NCBI GenBank assembly: GCA_951406725.2 | Contig: OX597827.1 | Span: 3,720,001 to 3,784,000, forward strand | DNA length: 64,000 nucleotides | Origin: Octopus vulgaris | Taxonomy: Eukaryota | Reading direction: 5' to 3' | Shown here: positions 1 to 13,580 of the stretch, in pieces | Numbering within the stretch: the stretch's first letter is position 1 | Layout of the letters: every line of letters starts with the position of its first letter | Notes under the pieces: generated by a model | What the model was told of the DNA's origin: nothing | What the model saw: the letters and a program-made list of their open reading frames with translations, nothing else | Databases searched by the model: none | Program-made: the position numbers and the translations under genes

Positions 1-102
1 AAGCAAAATTTTGTTTTAAAATAAATGTAAATGAGTGAATAAATAAATAAAAAAAAATATATATATACAAATAATTAAGTAAATTAAAAATGATGAAATA
101 TT

Positions 103-166
103 ATTATTATTATTATTATTGTCATTGTTATTATTATTATTGTTGTTGTTGTTATTATTGTCGTTG

Positions 167-197
<31 letters not shown>

Positions 198-243
198 CAT
201 TATTATTATTATTATTATTATTATGTTCTTGTTGTTGTTGTTG
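103..243. repeat. (TAT)n/(TGT)n trinucleotide microsatellite
   Basis: Direct reading; explains the poly-I/poly-Y ORFs at 84-335. Confidence 0.95.
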
Positions 244-1511
244 TCTTTTTCATTACTCATAGCTTTCTGACAAAGACAAGCAAATCTGCACGATTTTTGA
301 AATAAATTTCCCAGGAAGCTTTCTCCTTGCTTCAACAGAAGTAAATTTTATCTTCAAACTAAATTTAATTATCAAGCAATAAATTCAATTATGTCGTTAA
401 TTATGAGAGCAAAATTTAATTTTTGCAAAATATTTTATCTCAAATTTTTAAAATAAATAAAGAAACTTATAGCAACTTTGCCAGTTTATTGATTTTCCAA
501 TAAATTTCGGTGAAAGAAAAGATAAGAAGCATTTTAACAGCACACAATGGAAAATTCAAATATTAATTGATAAATTAACCTAAATTATCTTTTGTTTACT
601 TCTATTTACTTCTTTTTTGCTAAAAAAAAAACAAACAAACATATATGTTGAAAATGTAGTTTGGTATCAGGAAACACATGCCATACATACATATATATAC
701 ATATACAAATACACATGTATGTACATACACAGACATATCCTTACATATACATACATTTTATATATATGTATATATATATATACATATACATACATATATA
801 TATTTACATATGTGTATATATAACCACATAAACATACATGTGCTTACACATAGCTACAAATTTGTACATACATAACTACATACATGCACACACATATATA
901 TGCATACATATACATACACATTCCTACATACCTAACTACACACACACAAATACTTGCGCACGCACATATGACCATACACAACCATACATGCTTGTACACA
1001 CATATAAAAATATGCATGCACATACACACACACACACACACAGTCACATATCAGAACAAGCAGTGAATGCAGTGTTAGATGCAAGCATGCATGCATAGAA
1101 GAACTATTTTAATTTGTTTATATTCGCAAATACACCTTTAGATTAGTAGAAAATAATGATCTATATGCACATTCCTTGAAGTGTGGGTTGTGGTTGGAAA
1201 TGGTGGCAATGGTGGTTGACAGAGGGATGGCAATGAAGTGTTGATATGGTAGTGTAGTGGGCTGGAGCGAGACTTAGTCAGAAGGTAATTGACTGCACTA
1301 ATGGACAAGACGGTCTGGTGGACAGTGTTGGTTGTATGAGAACGACAGGCAAGATTGTAGAGGATAGTAAATGGATGCATACAGTGTTCTTATATTTAAA
1401 TGTAGATAATTCCACATACATGCCCCATTATTTCGTACATAAATGGACAGTCACTCATGACACACATTTGTTTATTCACATATAGCACACACATATATTG
1501 TATATACAATA

Positions 1512-1558
<47 letters not shown>

Positions 1559-2789
1559 ATATCTATATATATATATATATATATATAGATGCATATATAG
1601 ATACAACATGCACACATTTGATGGAGTTTCCCCATTAACAACAGTATGTGAACATCTAGCTATTCAATGAGGTCAATGGAATCATTGAATTAGCATGAAA
1701 GTGGTTGAGTATCTCACAGATGTTTGCCACTAATTCTACCTAGTTTCCACCTACCTATTTTCACTCACAAGCCTTGGATTCCCCTAAAGCGAAGATGAAA
1801 GATGCTATGCAGTGGGATTGAACATGGGACCTTGTAACGATGATGATACTTTTTAAATTAGACTGTGACTTTAGTAATGATGTAATGGATATCCAAACTT
1901 CTACTGATTTGTACTCCATATGTTGCCACTGGTTTCACTTCTAGTATTGCTGGTGATCCTTGACTCTTTTCTCTATGGAAAGCAATATATTCACTCAAAA
2001 TTTCATCACTCTTAACAGCAGAAAGCTGTTTTATATACCAAATTATCTTTTGTTGAGGAATGTTATGTTTGAAACTATTTTCTGTTGCAGTATGTCAAGT
2101 TTATTTAGGCAACATGACTTGTAGAAAACACCAATTCTATTTTTCAGTAGAATATTTAACATCATTACTGGAGTAACCATAAAATTTAACTTCATAGTTA
2201 AAGGGTTAAGATAGTTACAACTGTTTACTAGAGCCAGCAAACCATCAGAGAATCTTATGGGTTTCCAATTCATTGCAGTTCAAATCTGCTTCATATACTG
2301 GCATCCACTGTATTACAGAAGCATTAAGTTCTTGAAAACCTTGTTGTAATGTATAATTCCATAACATGAAACCTATATTCACATCAACCTCTGAGCCTCA
2401 TAACATGAAAGTCAATAATAAAAATAGGTTTCATATTACAGAATTCCATATTAAAGCAAGATTTTCAGGAATGCAATGCTTCCTCAAATCAGACGATGCC
2501 TGCATTTCTGATTTCCAGGGAGTTTGCTCAAAATGTTACTATGTCTATCTGCTATCTCATTGTTGTAGATTGTGTTTTCTTTTCCAGTAGACTGAGTGAA
2601 GTTCTTGCACAACAGTTATGGACTTTTTGGTCCCTTAGTACTGGGTCTGCTCACTATTAAACCAAACCTTTCAAATTTCTAAATTATCCTAGATTTCTTC
2701 TGTAGGGTTAAGTAAAAAGAATCAGGTTACTAATATTTTGATGTTTCTATAGAGAAACGGTCATGGATTCTTGTGTTAAGGATTGTTGT

Positions 2790-2970
2790 TGTTGTTGTTA
2801 TTGAGCCCAAAGCCTTTCCTGGTTGAACTAATCTGTGACCAAAGGTGTTAAAGCCATAATGATTTATATTATCCAATGTACTTTTCTTTTATTTTAAGAC
2901 AGTAGGGTGTGGTTTGAGGGAGATTTAACGGTTATTTCAAGTGGATCAAGTGGCCACATAGGGGTCCAGT
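2790..2970 (-). mobile_element. Degenerate copy of an old SINE-like family with (CAA)n tail; related copies near 7335-7515, 11665-11855 (both -) and 52140-52315 (+)
   Basis: Shared blocks by eye (tgatcaaag...gccat, ttaagac...gtttgagggagattt) in several diverged copies; family assignment is inference. Confidence 0.45.
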
Positions 2971-3364
2971 CTTTGGCCTGAACACAAAAGATTAAAATGA
3001 AGCAGAGTAGAATGAAAAGAGGAGAGAGAAGATTGATAAAAAAGGAGAGAGAGGGAGAATGTAGAATGAAAAATAGAGAGGGAGAAAGTGAAGAAACCTT
3101 TAGAACTACCACTACCAGACAAAATTCCCCTTGCTGTCTAATTACAATAGCCTTGACTTTTTGGTTAAGCACACAATACAGTCTCACCTGATTGTGAGAG
3201 ACTATTGTGATCTTTCACATGCCATATCCTCTCCATATGCCATCAGGAAAAAGCCTGATTTTATTCTACAAACATTTTTCTGGAGATAGTGCCTTTATTT
3301 ACAAGGAATTTAGCACAAAGCCCAGTCTTTGGTTGATCACACAGTACTCATAAGGATTTTCTAC

Positions 3365-3565
3365 GTAGGCACAAGTCCATAAATTTGCAGTGAGGGATCA
3401 TTAGTTGATTAAATCAGCCGCACTTCTTGATTGGTACTTTATTCTATTGAGTTTGGAAGGATGAAAGGTGAAGTGATCTCAGTAGAATTTGAATGACAAT
3501 CATAAAGAGATGTAATTAAATACCATTTTGTTTGATATTCTCATGATTCTGCCAATCTACTGCAC
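3365..3565 (-). mobile_element. Degenerate SINE family B copy
   Basis: ttggtactt...ggatgaaagg...gaatttgaa...gattctgcca colinear with intact copies at 27857 and 53655. Confidence 0.55.
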
Positions 3566-4511
3566 TAATTTAGTGTTTGCAATAAAATGCAATATCACAT
3601 GACTAGTCACATGACAAAGACTTGGTTGGCTTTCTGAAGTTTTGATCTTGAGTGGAGCAGAGCCTGCAGAAATGTATTTGATTCTTCTTTGTTTATATCC
3701 TCATCAAAGACGCCAATAGCCATGCTCTGTCTGGGCTAATGTTTCCTCAACATGAGTTTGCATAATACTCTGATGTATAACTCATGGCTTACCTCTTACC
3801 AGAAGTCCTTAAAACTAGTCCTCCACCTTTCAGTTACTGCATTTGTCGGTGTATAAGATACACCTCTATTTTATAAGTATATTTCATGGAAAAACCCCAA
3901 AAAACAAATGTTATGAAAGATATTTTAAAGTGTTTTGTATAGGAAAAATGTATGAGTCTGTGTACATAAGTACAATGCTGTGTCAGTATATTGGAATAAA
4001 GTATAAAGACATAAGTTTATCATATATAAATTATGTTGTACTTATGAAGACAAATTTATCATATATAAACTATGTTGTACAAGTACCATATTTCAACTTT
4101 ATCAACTTTCAGATCAATCATACAGTCATAGTGTGGTCAAGAGAATTGCCATACATGTTATAAAACTCATATTTTTGGTTATGATGTTTTATGCTATTTG
4201 GTGGACTTATGTTCATCCATCTCTTGTAGGCTCGGGAACAGGGTGCAAGGGGTGAAAGTGCACTCCTAGAATCTTTTGGTCAGATAATGAAAATACTTTG
4301 AACATCCTTCTGAAAAACTTCATCACCAAAACAATTGAAAGAAGAAACATTTTTGGACCGATTTGAAGTATTACTTTTCCATTATTGGATTTATTTGATT
4401 CATGTACAAATATAAATTTTGGACATGAGTTTACAACCCCTAAACAGATTTCATTCCTGCACATATGCTGTCTTCCTAGTCTATGGCACCCACTGTAATA
4501 TGACCATATTA

Positions 4512-5796
4512 TTGGGTCATCCCATAAATAATGCATTTTTTTCAATTGCATGAACTAAAAGTCGGAGGGGGACAGGATTAACTAGCTGCATCAATTTTCT
4601 ATACAAACAGGTAGTAATTTTACCTTGTTCTTATGCTTAATGCAATTTTTGAAGAGTGGAGTTCGATTTTAACAGTTATTTTTTCAAAGCTATAATGGAA
4701 GTGACAACGGAGTATATTTGGTATATTTTGCTTCATGAGTTCAATAAAGGCAACAATGCAACGGAAGGTGTGAGGAATTTTAATGCAGTATATTGGGATC
4801 GGACACTAAGCGTAAGCCAGTGTCAATGGTGGCTCCAGAAATTCCAAACTGGAAATTACAGCCTAAAAGACAAGCCTCATCCTGGAAGATCTGTAGAGCT
4901 CAATGAGGATGTCCTGCAAACCCTGGTGGAACAAAATCCCACCATAACTGTTGAGGACCTAGCTGAGAAGCTTGGATTTGGTTATTCAATCATTCATCTA
5001 CACTTATGTGCTATTGGAAGAGTCAGCAAATTGGGTCAATGGGTTCCTCACAAACTTTCCAAGTCTAATTGCATGCAGAGAGTGAATGTGTGCTCTGCTT
5101 TGCCATCACGTCTCACAAACGTACCTTTTTTGGACTGAATAGTGGCTGGTGATGAGAAATGGGTTCTCTATTAAAATGTTAAGTGCCGAAGACAGTGGAT
5201 AGGGAAAGGAAAAACACTGGTACTCCTGGCTAAAGAAGGTCTTCACCCACATAAAGTGTTGTTATCTGTTTGATGGGATATGAAAGGTTTAGTTCACTTT
5301 GAACTTATAAACCCATACCAAATGATAACAAAGGAGATCTACAGTGAACAGCTTGAGTGGCTTAAGTCATGCTAGAAGTAAAATGACCATCTTTGGTTCC
5401 AAGATGAAAGGTGTTCTTCCATCAGGATAATGTTTGGCCACATACAGCAAGGATGACTTTCTAATGGCTGAAGCAGTCTGAATGGGAAACGATGCTCCAC
5501 CCACCATATTCGCTGGACATTGCCCCATCTGATTATCATTTATTCTGCAGTCTTCAAAATCATTTGGACAGAAAAAGTATGAATTCTGTAGACGAGGTCA
5601 GAACAGTACTAGAGGAGTATTTTTTGTCACAGACAAGTGAAATTTGGGAGAGGGGCCTTGCAAGTGTACCAGATAGAAGGAAGAACATTGTAGAAAATGA
5701 AGAGAGGATATTTTAGATTAAAAAAGAACTATGTTTATCTTAATTTTGAAAAATAAAAGAAGTATAAAAAAATGCATTATTTATGGGATGACACAA
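4512..5796 (+). mobile_element. Full-length mariner (DD34D) DNA transposon, inactive
   Basis: About 30-bp TIRs TTGGGTCATCCCATAAATAATGCATTTTTT / AAAAAATGCATTATTTATGGGATGACACAA (1 mismatch). Left TA at 4510-4511; right flank reads CA. 1285 bp, typical mariner length. Confidence 0.95.
4695..5721 (+). pseudogene. Mariner transposase pseudogene
   Basis: N-terminal HTH region, WVPHKL, GDEKW, HQDN and YSLDIAPSD motifs, 34 residues between the 2nd and 3rd D. In-frame stops (TGA 5136, TAA 5172, others) and a frameshift near 5370. Confidence 0.93.
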
Positions 5797-7015
5797 CAGA
5801 TGCAAGAACATTTTTTTAACACATTTAAAAATAAAAAAGAACATGTCTTGTACATGCCAGCAAATATAATAGTATTAGTTGTGTCTAGACAAATAAATAT
5901 ATTAAGAAATATATTAGATTAATGCATTGCTATTATTTTATGGTATACAAAAAGTCTGCACAAGGTTTGTTGACCTGGGGCAGGGTAAAAAACAACAACA
6001 TTTTTGTACTTTATGATCCTGTCTTGCAACCTAACTATATCAGATGCACCATCTCTTCATTTTGCACACACAGACACATCTGTTTAATTACATCCACTTG
6101 TAACCCAATCATTTGTTTTTAATTTACACTTCTAATCCTGCCTTGTTATCACCTCAGCGTGACCGATACATCAGCCTTTTGAAAAACAATGTACATAAAG
6201 TTGTCTACATTGCAGCAGCTGCACTATTATTTTCTCAGTTCCACCTGATAATATGACTTACACAATTATTACTAGTTATCTAGAGACTAATTAACTGAAA
6301 AGAAGTAGGATTGTTAAAATTTGCTTGATGACTAATTAGAACTGACTTCAATTTGCCGTGTGCTATGATGACAAGAAATATGTACTAACGACCTCTCTTG
6401 TTGTTGTTGCTATTGTTACTGTATACAGTGACTATTGTCATAGTTGTTGTTAGTGTAGTCTTGTTATTGTTGTTGTTGTTGTTGTTGATGTAGCTGTCTA
6501 CTTCCAGCCAGCTCAGCTTCAGTTGCAGAACTTGTAACCAATTTAATGTTCTTAATGTTATTTTAGAGTAGAAAGATCTGTATCTCACAAAATGATTCAA
6601 TGTGTGTGTGTGTGTGTGTGTGTTACTTTTTATGGAGGGATGCCCTTTCTATCACCAACCACTGTAACATAATACAATACTTCACTAGACCATGCTAAAC
6701 TGAGAGGTACAAGGTAGCGTTAGTAAATTGAGGTAGAACAAATACCTCAAAGGACTTCATTGAAACATCGATTTTAATCAGTATTTCTATCTTTCAGCAA
6801 TATACATTGCTCAAAGATACACTCACACAGACACACACACAAACATGAACACACAAACACGCACACATGCCAGACTTCCACATAGTTATCATTTACACAA
6901 AATCTCCCTCATAAGGTGGTCAGCATGAGTCTATGACAGATACTTTCCTATGGTATTGTGCAGTCAGCCCTAACCCAGTGTCTAATAGTTCTAATCAAAC
7001 TTCTCAACTACACGG

Positions 7016-7094
<79 letters not shown>

Positions 7095-7207
7095 CACACA
7101 CTTACATATACAAGTATGTGTTGGAAAGGCTATTATTGCATGGAGAAATAGTATCTACTATATATGGTGACATATTACCCTAAAGTACAGTAGCTATCCA
7201 TCCATCC

Positions 7208-7289
<82 letters not shown>

Positions 7290-7521
7290 TTATACACACA
7301 CACATCCTTGCTTATTGTTAGAAATGTTTTTTTTATTGTTTAGCACCAGGCTAATACTAATTAAATAGATAAATGATCAAAGAGATTCTTGCCATAATCA
7401 CCATGTCTCTTTCTGACTCAGTCCTATGTCTTTCTTTCCTAAGATGACAGAATGAGTAATTTGAGGAATATTGTTTCTAGTAAACTGAATAACTAATTAA
7501 AGACACCCTCAATTAGTTTAA

Positions 7522-7743
7522 CCCTTTTAGCATTCAGATTAGTTTGTCAAATGTATTCCTTTTTTTATACACATTGTTTGGAATTAATTATGCATTATCT
7601 TGTAGCTTTGAGATTTCGATGATGGGATTGTTTACTTTTATTATGACATTATAGGGCAGATGTGAGAGACTGTATTTGGCCAGTTAGAACATAAAACAAG
7701 TAGAATATTTTGGCCGGGTGTGGCCAGTTTAAATGCTAAAGGG
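7522..7743. mobile_element. piggyBac-type MITE (TTAA target site)
   Basis: TTAA|CCCTTTTAGCATT...AATGCTAAAGGG|TTAA; homologous internal sequence in the copy at 61141-61359. Confidence 0.85.
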
Positions 7744-8013
7744 TTAAGCCTGTATTTGTCAATTTAGTTTTAGTTTAATTTCTCATATTGAATACAAACT
7801 GAGTCTAAGCTTAATTGATATGCGTATATGTATGTGCATATATTATATATGCATATGTATCTATATATGTATATTCTTATATAAATATACATATATGTAT
7901 ATATATATATATGTATATATATGTGTGCATATATGATGATGATGATGAATATATATATAATGATGATACAGAAAATGATACATAAATATATATATACAAA
8001 ATAAGATAGCCAA

Positions 8014-8060
<47 letters not shown>

Positions 8061-8063
<3 letters not shown>

Positions 8064-8156
8064 TCATCATCATCATCATTTAACGTCTGCTTTCCATGCT
8101 AGCATGGGTTGGACGATTTGACTGAGGTCTGGTGAACCAGACTCCAATCTGATCTG
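8061..8156 (-). mobile_element. 3' tail of SINE/LINE family C (ends CCATGCTAGCATGGAAAGCAGACGTTAAATGATGATG)
   Basis: Same tail at 35681-35963 (+), 10515-10680 (+), 42632-42870 (-), 52933-53020 (-), 63620-63797 (+). Confidence 0.75.
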
Positions 8157-8192
8157 ATATATATATATATATATATACACATATATATCATC

Positions 8193-8520
8193 ATAAGATG
8201 GAAGGCTCAAATAATTGAACCACTGCAGCTCTCTATCCATGTCTGCTCTGTGCCAATCTGCACAGTTCTGCAAAACTCCTGCCACCAGCTTCCTTGATGC
8301 TATTGCTAAATCTGGTTTCAGATCTTTTTCTTGTTCACCTACAATATGCTGCACCTGTTAACAGGAATTTGTCAAAGTCTTGTTTCTTAGTATATGACTG
8401 GTGAAGGTCCTTTTTCTTTTCATGATAGTATTTGACAGTCTTTCCTGGCATTTTATCTGGCAAGTCCAGCTTATTCTGAGAATGCATTTAAAACACCTTT
8501 ATTCAGATGCTTCAATATTC
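8193..8520 (-). mobile_element. RTE-clade LINE 3' remnant (decayed ORF2 C-terminus)
   Basis: Minus strand translates to IEASE*RCFKCILRISW...TIMKRKRTFTSHILR, resembling the RTE C-terminal EAFEMWCYRRILRISW...GHILR pattern; ends in a gatgat tail. Confidence 0.6.
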
Positions 8521-9469
8521 CTTCTCTCTCTCTTTCTCTCTCTCTGTATATATATATATATATATATATATTAGAGGCGGCTACGGCACTCAGGTTGTTC
8601 GGGCTTAGCTCAAGTATAAATTTAGTAAAGTGAATGTGTATTTGCAAGCTGATTTAATTTCTGCCAACACTGACTTCAAGTATGTAATTGCTGCAAATAA
8701 CCCAGGCTCCTTTCATTGAGTCTGGTCACATCTCATTTATCTTTGTTCAGCATTTGGCAGTCGTCTTAGAGGTGCCTCACATCAAAAAACATCATTCATA
8801 GCAGACATCCTCTCGACATCATCCAAACATGCCTGACTCAGGCTCAGAAGTTGCAGCCCGAGTTGTTATCGATAATCATAAAAATTAAAAGTAATTCAAT
8901 TCAATGCTTTCTTGAAACAATAAATTTCTATAGAAATTAGGATTTAAATTCCAATCTATGAAAAGTTTCCATTCTAAACTATTCTTAAAGGAACGGAAAA
9001 TTATCCAGCTAATGCAAATGAGCCTGGTAGGTGTAAAAGACCAACTGGTATCTCTTTTCAAGAGTATAGATCTCAGTCAGATTGCTGGCGTTTGTTGTGC
9101 ACTCTGCTGTCATTATTTGATTGCTGTGATTCTCTGTTTCTGTGTAAAGATCAATTGTATTTTGCAGGGTTGCTTTATTTTTACCCTTAACTTAGAAATG
9201 GAGAAAGACATAGTGCTAAATATGAAAAATAAGCCATGTGGGGCTAGAAATGTTGTGGAAAAATGTGAATTTATTTGAACAGCCGTGTCTTATGCAAAAT
9301 CTGTGATTTCAATCAATGAAATATGCTTTTGGAGGATCTGTACACTAAAACATGTTAGCCTGTATTTAACTATACAATCTTCAATCAAAAAGCATCTCTG
9401 AAAGTTTCCTATGATATATATATATGTGCATACATACATGTGTGAGTATGCATATATATATATATATAT

Positions 9470-9570
9470 ATATACACAGAGGATTTAAATGTGAGCTACT
9501 ATTAGCTACATGTGTCTCAAAACACATGATATGAAATTAATAGCAGCCTGAATTTAAATCCTGTGCATAT
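9470..9570. repeat. Imperfect short inverted repeat next to (TA)n
   Basis: cacagaggatttaaatgtgagctactatta versus taatagcagcctgaatttaaatcctgtg. Confidence 0.55.
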
Positions 9571-9805
9571 TAATGATATTTATCTCTCAATGGATGGAGA
9601 CATTTTTTTATTGATCACACCAATGATGGAGCAGTACACTACACACACACACACACACATATATATATGGACTTTTCCCTTTCTCCTTTCTGACAAAGAG
9701 CTATGCTTGAAACATTAAGCTCTTTCTTTTCACCAAGTATCAAGCTAATACATTCCTTGTGCATGTCCTCTTGTCTGATAATTTTATTATTCATTTTTTT
9801 GAAAT

Positions 9806-9870
<65 letters not shown>

Positions 9871-10236
9871 GGCATATATGCATGATATATGTGTACCATC
9901 ATCATTATAATTTTAACTTCCACTTTTCCATACTTGGATTGGTCAGAGGGAATGGTATTTGTTGAAAAGATTTCCTATGGCTGGATGCTCTTCCTGTCAC
10001 CAACCCTCAGCCGTTTCCAAGTAAAGTATTATCTCCCCATGGCTTGACATTGTTTTCACGAGAGATCGGAAACAAGCTACACCACTTGTAGGAAGGTGAT
10101 ACTGGTTTATGACTGTTGTGTGATGACAAGACAAACCAGTTCTTACACAAACACACACACTTACACATGCATGTATGCATACACATGCACGTACTCATAT
10201 ATATTTGTATATACATATATATATGTGTGTGTGTGT

Positions 10237-10274
<38 letters not shown>

Positions 10275-10343
10275 TAAAAACGGTAAGATAACAAAAAGAA
10301 AGAAAGAGACCTCAATATTATGTAAATAGAGGAAATTTATCTA

Positions 10344-10470
10344 TAAAATAATATGTTGCAATTACTCTATAGTCAAGATAACCGAAGAGATGGTGTTGTG
10401 GATATCCACTTTGGCATCTGAAACTCAGAGTTTTATCTTGACTATTGAGTAATTGTAACATATTATTTTA
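10344..10470 (+). ncRNA. Palindromic element enclosing a type I hammerhead-like motif (core variant CCGAAGA)
   Basis: About 38-bp inverted arms (2 mismatches) form an extended stem I; CCGAAGA 10382-10388, stem II GATG/CATC, GAAAC 10420-10424, stem III ACTCAGAGT, GTT triplet; homologous to 24512-24592. Confidence 0.55.
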
Positions 10471-10704
10471 TTTATATATATAGGATGAATCATGAAGAAA
10501 ATCATGTAGTATAGGATAGTCTGTAAAGTTGTTGGTGTTAATAAAGACATCTAGCAGTAGAAACCATGCCAAAAGAGGCAATGGGGCTCAATGAAGTTCT
10601 CTGGCTTATTGACTTCTCTCTAATCATCTAACTCATGCCAGCATGGCAGATAGACGTTAAATGATGATAATGATGATGACAGTGCTGCTGTTGATGATGT
10701 AGAA

Positions 10705-10850
10705 CGAACGCCTTCCAGTTTTTGTCGACGAAATCCTCTCACAAGGCTTTGGTTGGCCTTGGGCTATTGCAGAAGAACTTGCCCAAGGTGCCATTCAGTG
10801 GAGCTAAACCTGGAACTATGTGATTGAGAAGCAAACTTCTTAATGGTACA
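10705..10850 (-). mobile_element. SINE family A 5' fragment, diverged
   Basis: ctcacaaggctttggttggcc...cttgcccaaggtgcca matches family A. Confidence 0.75.
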
Positions 10851-11039
10851 GGTATATAAGAAATAGTTGAAGAAAGATAGAAAGAGAATGTGAGAGTGAG
10901 AGGGAGAGAAAGAGTGACTGTGAGAGGGAGAGAAAGTGAGAGAGAGAGAAGAGGTATGTATATTTAGAAAAAGACTGTCACTCTCTTTCTCCATGATAGA
11001 GAGAGAGAGAGAGAGAGAGGGAGGGAGGGAGAGACTACT

Positions 11040-11505
11040 GTTACCATCACAGCACCAATTGTATCACCACAACCACTATCACCATCACTACCACTGTGAC
11101 CACTATCATCACCACCTCTTTCATCTGTTGCCGTTGTCACCACGATCACCTCTCTACTGTTACCACAACCACTGCACCATCATCACTTTCACTACCACCA
11201 CCTTTATGAACAGCAGCAGTTGCATCACCACCATCAACACCAATGGAACTGCAATCGCTGCTACTACTACTGCTGCTGCTGCTGTTGCTGCTGCTACTAC
11301 TACTACTACTACTACCACTACCACTACTACTACTACTACTACCACTACCACTACTACTACTACTACTACTACAACCACCACCACCACCACCACCATTACC
11401 ACCACCATCACCCCTCTGTCACATCATCCACTACCACCATCACAACTACAACAGCAACCACCACCGCCGCCACCACCACCACCACCACCACCACCACCAC
11501 CACTA
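11040..11505. repeat. Compound (ACC)/(ACT)/(GCT) trinucleotide array
   Basis: Direct reading; source of the poly-T/V/L/H ORFs. Confidence 0.9.
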
Positions 11506-12018
11506 TCTAGTAGCCTATGAGATAATGGTCATATAAGCAATCACTTTAGTGTGAATGTTTTGTTTTTTTTATTGTTGTTGTCATTGTTACTGTGTTACTA
11601 TTTTCTAATATTGTTGCATGTTGTTTGGAAAAATTGAAAAAGAAGTGGTTTGTGTACAAGTTGTACCTGAAAATGATTGAGCAAACCTATGATCAAAGAT
11701 GCTCCACTCATGACTATCCTATCTTGTTTTATCTTTTAATTTTTTTTTTCTTTTTGGCATAGTCATTCTAGGTGTCCTAGGATTTTTTAAGACAATGTAG
11801 TTTGAGAGATTCGACTGTTAATTCTGACAGTTTGAATGACAGAGAAGCTCTCTCGCTTATTTAACTTTACAGTCGTCATTCTATGACCCTAAGTTAGCTC
11901 TGACTTGTCTTGGAGCATATCCATGATCCAAAGGTTGTCTTCAAACAGAAATAGCAAAACACCACACTACATGCTTTACCAGTATGTCGCTCTCTGTCCT
12001 CTTCTTCTCTCACTCTAG

Positions 12019-12048
12019 TTCCAAGGTTAAATCTTAAAAAAGCTATGG
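12019..12048 (+). CDS. Candidate 30-nt microexon (phase 1-1; xPRLNLKKAM)
   Basis: Long polypyrimidine tract ending ctctag, donor G|GTATGT, length divisible by 3, open frame. Confidence 0.3.
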
Positions 12049-12246
12049 GTATGTGACCAGTTTTTACTTTCGTTTCCATGCCCCTCCCCCAAGATATTCA
12101 TAAAGTAATTACCAGTCATATATATTGAGGTCTGTTTGGTCAACAAGGAAATAAATTACAAACAAAGAAGCATGTAAGCCTGGCAAAATTCAGCTATTTT
12201 CTCTCTCTGCTGCTCTTGTAAACCCATCTCTTTATACATACATACA

Positions 12247-12278
<32 letters not shown>

Positions 12279-12291
12279 CATACATACATAT

Positions 12292-12385
<94 letters not shown>

Positions 12386-12464
12386 ATATATATATATATA
12401 CATACACACACACATGTATATATATATACATGTATATATATACACACTCACACACATGCATATA

Positions 12465-12498
<34 letters not shown>

Positions 12499-12542
12499 TG
12501 GATATATGTTTATCCATATTTATCTATCTATCTATCTATCTC

Positions 12543-12621
<79 letters not shown>

Positions 12622-12781
12622 TAGATAGATATATATATAGAGATAGATAGATAAATATGAATATATGTTTATACTGTTAAATAGAGAGACAGCTAGATAT
12701 CTTCCTCTGTGTTTGTGTGAATTACATGTGACAAGGAAAGAGAACTCAACATAAGGAAAGTGAATTTTTTAATGTTTCTAG

Positions 12782-12840
12782 TCTTCAGGATTGGTGATGT
12801 TGCTACTCAGAGTTTCACCCGATGGATGACAAACAAATGA
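12782..12840 (+). CDS. Candidate terminal coding exon (VFRIGDVATQSFTRWMTNK*)
   Basis: Acceptor tttttaatgtttctag; phase-compatible with 12019-12048. An alternative acceptor at 12788 gives a different frame. Confidence 0.25.
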
Positions 12841-13457
12841 CGCAATGAGCACTACCAGCACTGAAGACTATAAATTTTATGTGTGTGAGACATACACACA
12901 CACACACACACACATCCTTAGGTTATTTATTATGTCTTGATATGGATAATACAAGAAATAAAATGAGAAATGAAATTGGTTTAGCTTGGAATTGAAAATG
13001 CAACATTGGCTCAACTCACTGGGAGATTATTATTTCTATATCTACCCTCTAACCACTCTTTCCTGTCCAAATAGTCTGCCATTGCTCATTCCTCGAATGA
13101 GGAATGAGATTTTAAAAGATTTTAAAGGGATTTAGAAATCTATAGTTTACAGGTTGTGTGAATATATGTGAATGCTTAACTGATTGAAAAGGAAGTATTT
13201 TTGTTTTCACTTCAAGTACTGACTGTGCACATACAATGGAGTATAAAGTACAGATGCACAGACAGAGTACAGATGAAATCTACTAAAAGTATGCATAAAT
13301 GCATTAATAAGGGTGATATGAAGGGGTACATTTTGTGTTTACTCTCAGTGACTTTTTCTCTTATCCACATTGAAAACTGGTATGTAGTCATCTACACTGC
13401 TAGAAATATCTGTCAAATCTTCATCAAATCACAAGGTGAAAGTTGTGATAGAGATTG

Positions 13458-13580
13458 GGAGTGGTGAAAAAATATCTAGGGATAGCAGGTAAGGAAGATA
13501 AGTGGGTGGGTGAGGATAGAGGCTATTCAGAAGAAGTAAAAAGGCATTTCAGGGTAGTGTGAGAGAATGTAGAGGGATAG
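13458..13580 (+). repeat. About 125-bp purine-rich direct repeat, copy 1 (copy 2 at 18250-18380)
   Basis: agtggtgaaaaaatatctaggga...agaggctattca...gtaaaaaggcatttcag...gagaatgtagagggata present twice. Confidence 0.85.

Noticed and set aside
1860-2520. Protein-like minus-strand stretch (possible decayed transposase)
   Set aside because: Interrupted by stops and no family motif recognised
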